Shown here one piece after another: positions 54,218 through 64,000 of a stretch of 64,000 nt of DNA. Each line of letters begins with the position of its first letter. Within the stretch, counting starts at the first letter, position 1. Under the pieces are notes generated by a model. That model was not told the origin of the DNA. It ran no database searches and saw only the letters and a list, made by a program, of their open reading frames with translations. This DNA comes from Octopus vulgaris (Eukaryota), in contig OX597827.1 of NCBI GenBank assembly GCA_951406725.2, forward strand, positions 16,802,001-16,866,000. The letters are read 5' to 3'. A program made the translations under genes and the position numbers.

Positions 54218-54929
54218 GCGCGCGCACTCACACACACACACACATATATATATAGAGAGAGATAGATAGATAAATAAATAGATATATTCGTGCATGTATG
54301 TATACACTCAAAATCAAGTCCACAGTTCTTCCCAATTAAAGTTGCATTATGGTTAATTTCATAGAACACTTGGCCAGGTATAAGTGATATATTACCTTAA
54401 TGTTCCTTAGAGGCAATATTTCATTCAACCCAAAGTATATATTAACAGACCACTTCAAAAATGCGCCGACTTTGGCAAATATATCCTTGACTTCATAGAC
54501 TTAGAAATACCGTAGAATTATCAAATGGAACACTAGTAACATCATAATTTAATAGCTTATGTTAATTAATAAAGAAAGCAGAGCAAACTATTGGTTCACG
54601 CATTTTGTCATTATGGAATTCTACCGATCATTTTATAATCGCTCTTCAACAAAGCTTTAGAATTCAGTAAAACTTTTACTAAAGTGGTGAGTACGGAAGG
54701 AAGTCGCTTTTGTATGAGAGTGGAACTAAGGGATTGTATTTGTATATTCCGGGTAGTTTCAGAATAATAAGTAACTCTCCTAGTTTATGATCATATAAAA
54801 ATAATTGGCTGGTTGTCGTCCACTACGTGAGTGGACGCAGATGAAAATGTATGATGTCGAAACAGGTTTCCATGCAAATAGTGGGAAGGTCGGAAGTCAA
54901 AGTTAAGCTGAATTTTAAAAATAGTAATG

Positions 54930-55155
54930 ACTCTTTTACTCTTTTACTCTTTTACTCTTTTACTTGTTTCAGTAATTTGACTGCGGCCATGCTGGAGCAC
55001 CGCCTTTAGTCGAGCAAATCGACCCCGGGACTTATTCTTTGTAAGCCCAGTACTTATTCCATCGGTCTCTTTTGCCGAACCGCTAAGTGACGGGGACGTA
55101 AACACACCAGCATCGGTTGTCAAGCAATGCTAGGGGGACAAACACAGACACACAA

Positions 55156-55210
<55 letters not shown>

Positions 55211-55377
55211 TACGACAGGCTTCTTTCAGTTTCCGTCTACCAAATCCACTCACAAGGCATTGGTTGGCCCGGGTCTATAGCAGAAGACACTTGCCTAAGA
55301 TGCCACGCAGTGGGACTGAACCAGGAATTATGTGGTTGGTTAGCAAGCTACTTACCACACAGCGACTCCTACGCCTA
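54930..55377 (-). mobile_element. SINE-E, full length
   Basis: Family similarity; (ACTCTTTT)n tail on the plus strand. Confidence 0.92.
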
Positions 55378-56415
55378 TTTACTCCCATGTAAATTCTACA
55401 AAACGAAAAAAATAAGAGGACTTATTTAAGAACGGAAGGATACTTTGCATTTTTATAGCATTCTTAGTCTATCTTTCTTTAAATATATTTCGTCCACATT
55501 CATGTCCCCACGTTTCCGCTGGTGTCTTTCTTCTTTCGTATATTTTCTCATTCTTCCTCTTTGATCCGTGTTCTCTGCGTATCCTTTCTCAAGCAGTTTG
55601 CAACCGTCTTTCTTATGAATCCATAGTTTAGGCTAAATTAACCCTTATAAACAAATATCAATTTTCAAGCGAGCAGACGTTAAATAATTGCACTTATGCG
55701 CATGCAATCGTTGAGTGATGGGCGCTATAGGAAAATTTAGTAAAAAAAAAAAAAAAAACTTATCACTATCAACACATCACCAACACGGCCACCACCACTA
55801 CCACCCCACCCCCACCACCGCAACCACCACCACCACCTCCACATCATCACCACTATTATTTTCAGTAACGAAGCTCATTTCAGTTCAGCTATTTGCTTAT
55901 ATCTACTATTCTTGCTGTCAATGCATCTCTACTCTGACAATACAAACGCTCTGTTTTTCCCCCTTTGACTACAACTGCCTTCCCTGTCCATCGCTCTCGA
56001 TATGTCTTTTCTTAATCTCAGCGCCAGAACATCACCCTCTGCTAAATATTGTATCCTAAACAGATCACTTTCTCTTTCCCTTTCCTTTCAGCTAACTTTT
56101 TGACCTCCTAATAACTAATCTTTCCATACCTTGCTGCGCGTCGTTCTCTCCCTTTTTTCTCTTACTCACTTTCTCTCTCCCTCTTTTCTCTCAATGTCTT
56201 TTCTTTCGCTCTTCGCCTCTCCTTTCAGCTATGCACACAACGCATTTGGCCTTAGTGTATTAATATTATACTCCTTTCTCTATTTCTTCCACTTTTCTTT
56301 CTTCTCTACACATTCTTGCTCTCCTCCATCTTTCATTCTTACGCCACCTCTCACTCACTCCATCTCCACATCTCTGACTACCTAAAGCATAAAAGCAGAA
56401 TTATATATTTGAAAA

Positions 56416-56467
<52 letters not shown>

Positions 56468-56564
56468 TCACTTTGCGGGGAAATTTTTTACAATAAACTC
56501 TGTTATGTGAACTTTTGCTTATTCTGTGTCAGCTCAAGCCTTCCCCGACAGATCAGGACAGATC

Positions 56565-56598
<34 letters not shown>

Positions 56599-57217
56599 GA
56601 CACACAAACAAACACGCACACACAAACACACATACACAAAGACACACAAACACACATACACAAACACACACAAACTCACGCAAACACACAGACAAACACA
56701 CACACACAAAACAAACACAAACACACACAACACACACACAAACACACACACACACACACAAACACACATACACAAACACACACAAACACACAGACAAAAA
56801 CATACACACACACACACACACATATATATATGCATATAATACATACATATAATACATACATATATATATATATACATATATATATAAACATACATACACA
56901 CACACATATATCTTTCTGAATGCATGGTTTTTTTTCATCCCAATGTTTGCAATCTACTATTTATCGCCATATTAGTTTCGAATATCACCTCTTAAAGAAA
57001 AAAAATGTCATGTTCTATCGAAATTTCTAAATTACTATGACGTCGTAAATATACAATTTCTCGTTAGGAAGAATATAATTTCTAAATTGGAGGAATTCGT
57101 GCCATTGATTTGGTCCTGTCGTAGAAAGTCTGTCATGTTTACAGACCTTGTAGGTTCGAGTGTCACGAGTAGCCTTCAATGGTTTTCTATGCAACTGCAT
57201 TTTGAAGCAAACTATAT

Positions 57218-57640
57218 TCTCTTTTGCTCTTTTACTCTTTTACTTGTTTCAGTCATTTGACTGCGGCCATGCTGGAACACCGCCTTTAGTCTAGGAAATC
57301 GACACCCAGGACTTATTCTTTGTAAGCCTAGTACTTATTCTATCGGTCTCTTTTGCCGAACTGCTAAGTTACGGGGACGTAAACACACCAGCATCGGTTG
57401 TCAAGCGATGTTGGGAGGGGGGACAAACACAGATACACAAACATATACACACGCATATATATATATACATATATACGACGGGCTTCTTTCATTTTCTGTC
57501 TACCAAATCCACTCACAAGGCTATGATTGGCCCGAGGCTATAGTAGAAGATACTTGCCCAAGTTGCTAAGCAGTGGGACTGAACCCGAAACCATGTGGTT
57601 GGTAAGCAAGCTACTTACCACACAGCCACTCCTGTGCCTA
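57218..57640 (-). mobile_element. SINE-E, full length
   Basis: Family similarity. Confidence 0.92.
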
Positions 57641-57658
57641 TGTACGCTTCTGTATATA

Positions 57659-57848
57659 TATTTCTTTACTGCCCACAAGGGGCTAAACATAGAGGGGACA
57701 AACATGGGACTAAGTCGATTACATAGACCCCAGTGCGAAACTGGTACTTTATTTATCGACCCCGAAAGGATGAAAGGCAAAGTCGACCTCGGCGGAATTT
57801 GAACTCACAACGTAACGGCAGACGAAATACCGCTTAGCATTTCGCCCG
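57659..57848 (-). mobile_element. 5'-truncated SINE-A
   Basis: Family similarity. Confidence 0.9.
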
Positions 57849-57892
57849 TATATAGCTTTATCTGCAATCGGGTTCAACATTCCATATTTTGT

Positions 57893-58131
57893 TCTTTTAT
57901 TCCTTTACGTGTTTCAGTAATTTGACTGCGGCCATGCTGGAGCACCGACCTTAATGGTTTTTAATCGAAGATAGCGACACCAGAGCTTATTCTTTGGAAG
58001 TTTACTACTTATTCTATCGGTCACTTTTGCCGAACCAGTACGTTTATGGGTACCGTAAACACACCAACATCGGTTGGCAAGTGATGGTGGTAGGATAAAC
58101 AAAGATTCAAAAACACATACACATACATACA

Positions 58132-58186
<55 letters not shown>

Positions 58187-58364
58187 TTATAAGTATAAAT
58201 TAATAATTTAAATATTTTTTTAAATTTTAACTTTAAATTTAAATAATTTAAATTTTGAATTTTATATTTTATATATTTTGTATATTATATTAATTAATTT
58301 TATTTCTTTGTATTGGTTTATGTTTTTCACTTTTTGATATGCTTAATAGTGGTTTTATCCCTAA

Positions 58365-58399
<35 letters not shown>

Positions 58400-58586
58400 T
58401 TTCAAAATGTAACCACATGTGGATTGTTGGCGATTTTCTTCCTCCATCTTCCTTTTCTATTGGATTTTCCTGTTTCTGAGGAACTCTGCTCGAAACGTTA
58501 TACCATCTTTTTCTCCTTCCCTAAGCGTTTGGTAATACTTTACATGTATCACGTCCTCGCGTTATTGATTTTTGTGTTTGTCTCTC

Positions 58587-58622
<36 letters not shown>

Positions 58623-58786
58623 GAGTTTGTTTTTAGTTTATGTCTACCAAATCCCCTCACAAGGCTTTTGGTCGGTCCGAAGCTGTAGTGGAAGACACTT
58701 GCCGAAGTTGCCCTCGCAGAGGATCTGAACCCGGAACCATGTGGTTTGGAATCAAGCTTCTTACCACACAGACACGCCTGCGCCTA
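57893..58786 (-). mobile_element. Old SINE-E split at its internal TA/CA tract by two insertions (58183-58370 and 58410-58590)
   Basis: Tail 57893-58132, head 58620-58786. Confidence 0.75.
58410..58590 (+). mobile_element. Family P1 element with a decayed hammerhead motif at 58472-58503
   Basis: GUUU-CUGAGGA-ACUCUGCUC-GAAAC-GUU-AUAC; homologous to 27135-27338. Confidence 0.65.
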
Positions 58787-59214
58787 TATACATATATAAA
58801 TAATATTCAATCGAAGCTGTTAATGCACTACACTGCTAAAACTTATTTCGTACTCACGTATCCGTTAGCAATACATCAAAACGTTGCACACCTTGAAAGG
58901 CCGCCTACATCAGCACCTCAGTTCTTACAACAATCACCATTTGGATAACACTACATCATTTTCAAGACCTATTTGGAATTTGTGAGATAAAGGAGAGATA
59001 GGCACCATAAAGTAGGAAGTGTGATAAATTTCATTTCTTTCCAACCGGCTGGCGTGTTTAGTCAACCGAAGAATCGAGTGAAAGAATCCAGGATACAGTT
59101 GTATAATCCCTATTTATCTCACTCATATAAATATATATATCAAACTATACGGACTTTCAAGACAAAATTGCACAGGGCATACATTTTGTTGCAGCATAAA
59201 CTAAACACAGGCGT

Positions 59215-59252
<38 letters not shown>

Positions 59253-59496
59253 AATATATATATATATCCCTGTGCACACGAACACACACACACACACAGA
59301 CACACACACACACATATATATATACATATATAAATATGCACACAAATATTTGATATCACTTTATTCAGAACAATATATCAAGGTTTCTATTCCATACCTT
59401 CTAGTCACAAAATCAACTTCCGTGGCATTTTCAATAAATCACAATTTATTCGTCTCTCTTTCTCTCTCTTTGTCTCACTGAATATATGAATATATT

Positions 59497-59564
<68 letters not shown>

Positions 59565-59592
59565 CATATGCATATATATATATATACACATA

Positions 59593-59631
<39 letters not shown>

Positions 59632-60429
59632 GCATATATATATATATATATATATACATATATTTATATACATATATATATATACATGTATGTGTGTGTA
59701 GGTTTGATCTGTATATATATATGTATGTGTGTATATACATATGTATACATGTATGTGTGTATATATATATATATACATACATATATATTATATATATATA
59801 CATATATCTATAACATATGATATGCACCTTTATATATATATGTATATATGAGTGTATGTATGTATGCACACGCACATAGCCATACACACATGCGTATGTG
59901 TTTTTATACCCTTATGTATATGTGTGAGACCGTAGCATTTGTTCAATATACGTTATATATTTTAGTACAAACATACATACATTTGTGTGCAAATATGTGT
60001 ATCTATGTAGTGTGCTTAAGATTTTCATTCACATGATATACTTCTCTATTCTACGAAGATGACACATTTCCGGTTTCTCTAGAATTTAAAGTGAATATCG
60101 ACATATTTTATTGATGTATTGAGAAAATTCCATGAAGAATTTAGCAAAATGGTTTGAGACAAGGAGGATAAGAGAGAACTAAGAGTGGGAAGAAACGAGA
60201 TATAGAGACGGAAAGAAAGTCGATGCTTTGTGAAATTGAGAAGCATATTTGTTATTTATCAGGCTGATGGACCAGCGGCAGCGACAGAAGAGGGACAGTA
60301 CAGGTCCCTATATTGTTAGACAAATGGTTACTATGAGATGTAGACACCCTGTTCACACATGCACACATATAGCTGTTTAGTTATTGTAATCTGTGTCTCT
60401 GTGTACACACACACACACACAAACATATA

Positions 60430-60461
<32 letters not shown>

Positions 60462-60472
60462 CATATATATAT

Positions 60473-60551
<79 letters not shown>

Positions 60552-60616
60552 GCGGTGCTGTTAAGTTAGACATGGCCTGGACCAATTATTGGTCGAAACA
60601 TATCTAAGTTTATCTA

Positions 60617-60654
<38 letters not shown>

Positions 60655-60655
<1 letters not shown>

Positions 60656-60722
60656 AAAATAAGCAACAGGAATAACTTCGGTAATTACCAAATTACCGAA
60701 GTTATTCTTGTTGCTTATTTTG
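60655..60722. repeat. Near-perfect hairpin: 32-bp arms, 4-nt loop
   Basis: CAAAATAAGCAACAGGAATAACTTCGGTAATT-ACCA-AATTACCGAAGTTATTCTTGTTGCTTATTTTG; one non-Watson-Crick pair. Confidence 0.92.
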
Positions 60723-60820
60723 ATTATAATAACCCCATGGATTTATATGGATAACACCATACAAAATTCTGGTGCATTTAGCTGAAATACCATATTCATT
60801 TGAATCGAAATTTTGCTGAA

Positions 60821-60864
<44 letters not shown>

Positions 60865-60958
60865 CAAACGAACGTACATACATAAATGCATACATACATA
60901 CATACATACATACATACATACATACATACATACATACATACATACATACATACACACA

Positions 60959-60990
<32 letters not shown>

Positions 60991-61034
60991 CATATATACA
61001 TATACATATTGTATGTGTGTGTGTGTTGGGTAAA

Positions 61035-61076
<42 letters not shown>

Positions 61077-61378
61077 AACGAACATACATACATACATACA
61101 TACATGCTGGCATGCATACATACATATATACATAATACATACATACATATATATATATATACATATATATTGTATGTGTGTGTGTTGTGTAAATATATGT
61201 GTATATATATATATATTAGCATAGTTCCACCAAATTCTCTTTACCGGTGAAACATTGAAGAAGCGCCCTGAAAATCTACAAATGTATTAGATATTTTTAA
61301 CTAAAGATGTTTGAGGAAGATTCTGGAAACTTATTAGCAACGCTGACATAACCAATGGAGGTATGTTGAAGAATACAA

Positions 61379-61791
61379 GGCGGCGAGCTGGCAGAATCGT
61401 TAGCACGTTTGGCGAAATGCTTAGCGGTATTTCGGCTGCCGTTACGTTGCGAGTTCAAATTCCGCCGAGGTCGACTTTGCCTTTCATCCTGTCGGGGTCG
61501 ATAAATTAAGTACCAGTTATGCACTGGGGTCGATGTAATCGACTTAATACCTATGCCTGTCCATGTTTGTCCCCTCTGTGTTTAGCCCCTTGTGGGTAAT
61601 AAAGAAATAGGTATTTTGGCTGCCGTTACGTTGTGAGTTCAAATTCCGCCGAGGTCGACTTTGCCTTTTATCCTTTCGGAGTCGATAAATTAAGTACCAG
61701 TTACGCACTGGGGTCGATGTAATCGACTTAATACCTATGTCTGTCCATGTTTGTCCCCTCTATGTTTATCCCCTTGTGGGTAATAAAGAAA
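61379..61791 (+). mobile_element. SINE-A dimer
   Basis: Junction AAAGAAATA|GGTATT at 61609; 16-bp TSD GGTATGTTGAAGAATA. Confidence 0.92.
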
Positions 61792-61809
61792 CGGGTATGT
61801 TGAAGAATA

Positions 61810-62085
61810 TCAGCGTAAGACATAACAGGAAGAAAAAAACTAGCAGCTCCCATACCCTAACGACCAGAATAACGCCATTTTGAAGTAACTTTCAAATGGA
61901 CGCCGTTGGAGGTTAAAAGTGAGAGGACGACTAAAACTGACACGGCGCAGAACATTAATAATCGACATCAGAGAGAGAGAGGCTGACATCACATAGCCGG
62001 ATGCAGAGAAATCCACAACAGACGGAAACCAGTGGCATTAACTTGCTGGACATTTTGCTCGAAAACACAGGGGTAACTGAATGAT
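61810..62085 (+). mobile_element. Decayed RTE-like LINE 3' end
   Basis: KWTP, RGRLKLTRRRT and DGNQWH resemble the RTE C-terminal RGRPxxTWRRT...DRxxWR pattern. Confidence 0.55.
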
Positions 62086-62454
62086 TGACTGATATGCATG
62101 TGCGTGAACGTACGCGCGCATGCTTGTCTACACGTGTATATATACGAAGAAAACAGCCGAATGGATTACGTGGTATTTTACAATTATTTGGCCAGGAGTC
62201 ATTATTGTAGCATAAGCATAATGCAATTACTTATATTGCGTAATATGTTACACAAGCCCAATTCATCAGGCTACCAATTAAAGAAGAGAACAGCGAGAAC
62301 AGCGAACGAACAGATGAAATTTGTAATGCCCTGATCCCTTATGAATACTTTGTAATCGAAAACTACACACACACACACACAAACATACACGCATGCATAC
62401 ATACATACATACGCACATACATACACACACACGCATACATATATACACATAGTT

Positions 62455-62625
62455 GAAATTTACAGAAAAACAAAACACGAAGACAGGTGTAATAGTTTGA
62501 TGCTCGGGGAAGTGAGAACGTCTTTTTTGTTTCAAGCTTACCCTCTCTCATAGAAAGGGATATGAGGAAATAAAGAGAAAGAATTAAAAAACAAACTTGT
62601 GTGTTTAGCTTTCAATCATAGCGAT
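62455..62625 (-). mobile_element. Decayed family P2 copy
   Basis: ACGAAGACAGGTG...GTCTTTTTTGTTTCAAGCTTACCCTC...AGAAAGGGA aligns to 19795-19895. Confidence 0.6.
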
Positions 62626-62626
62626 G

Positions 62627-62920
62627 TGGAGGCACATGGCCTAATGGTTAGAGCAGCGGACACGCGGTCGGGGGATCGCGGGTTCGAATCTCAGACCGGG
62701 CCATGTGTGTGTTTATGAGCGAAATACCTAAGCTCCACGCGGCTCCGGCAGAAGGTAATGGCGAACTTCTGCTGACTCTTTCGCCACAACTTTCTCTCAC
62801 TCTTTCCTCCTGCATCTTGCAGCTCACCTGCGATGGACCGGCGTCCCGTCCAGGTAGGGGACCTATACGCCACGGAAACCGAGAAACCGGCCCTTATGAG
62901 CCAGGGATAGCACGAGAACG
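62627..62920 (+). mobile_element. SINE-F
   Basis: Box A TGGCCTAATGG, box B GGTTCGAATC. Confidence 0.9.
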
Positions 62921-63512
62921 AAAAGAAAAAAAAATCACAGCGATGTATATATGAATACAAAATGGCTAAACATATACCGCATGACAGTCGGTCAAAATTT
63001 CTAAAAAAACTTCTGACAATTTCATTAATTACCGCCATTGAAAATTTTCCACCTATTCAATTCATCATTACTGACTGGTACGTCTGAATACATGAAAGCA
63101 ATGTTGACCAATGCAGAATTTGATCTCAGAAGGCAGAGAGTCGGAAAAATGCCACAGAGCATTCTGGGTGACATTCAAACATATCTGCTATATCACCGAC
63201 AAATACATCGATAAATAGGAAAAAAAACTGCAAAAGCAGAACGCATGCAGATAATAGATAAATAGATTTAGAGACTGGCTGGTGCTGCAATGACAGTCAT
63301 TAGATCGATGCACAAAATGGCTGACATTTTTATTTACGGCCCTTTGAGCTTTTTTTACTTTGAATCTTCTCGAGGTCAACGTTGCCTTTCATCCTTCCGA
63401 GTTCGATAAAATAAAGAGTTCCAGGCAAGTATTATGGTTGATTTAATATTCCTATAAAATTCACAGATGGTGATGAATGGATTTATAATAGAAGCCAAAC
63501 AGGGAGATATCT

Positions 63513-63517
<5 letters not shown>

Positions 63518-63586
<69 letters not shown>

Positions 63587-64000
63587 ATGCATGTATATAT
63601 ATATATGCGTGTGAGTTTGTGTGTGTGTGTGTGCGAATGTATGTATGTATATATACAACATACGAACATACGTACATACATTCATGCACGCAAACATACA
63701 TACACACACATATGCATACATATTTATATACACACATGTATACATACATGCACAATACATATATACAACATATATGCACACATACATACATGCACAATAC
63801 ATACATGCACACATACATACATATATACATACATACATGCACACATACATACATACATACATACATAAATACATACATACATAAATACATACATACATAC
63901 ATGCACACATACATACATACATACATACATATATGCATATATACATACATAAATACATACATAAATACATACATACATACATAAATACATACATACATAC
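63518..64000. repeat. Compound TA/TG/CATA microsatellite
   Basis: Visible directly. Confidence 0.95.

Overview
AT-rich eukaryotic, repeat-dominated DNA with no recognisable host exon; intronic or intergenic. The SINE families and microsatellite load suggest an octopus (cephalopod) genome, which is an inference. Almost all ORFs in the track are translated microsatellites or SINEs. Contents: (1) tRNA-derived SINE families, labelled here A, E, F, G and H, including multimeric arrays; (2) R4/Dong-type RLE LINE fragments and a ~540-bp non-autonomous partner, all in (AAT)n tracts; (3) an RTE LINE with a 5' inversion; (4) mariner, Chapaev3-like, Merlin-like and Helitron DNA elements; (5) short (TA)n-embedded elements carrying minimal type I hammerhead ribozyme motifs, probably Penelope-like termini. 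The most interesting observations are the hammerhead elements, especially a 178-bp inverted pair next to a 59-bp direct duplication, and the SINE-A arrays with a fixed junction and a 20-bp target repeated four times. All coordinates and alignments were made by eye.
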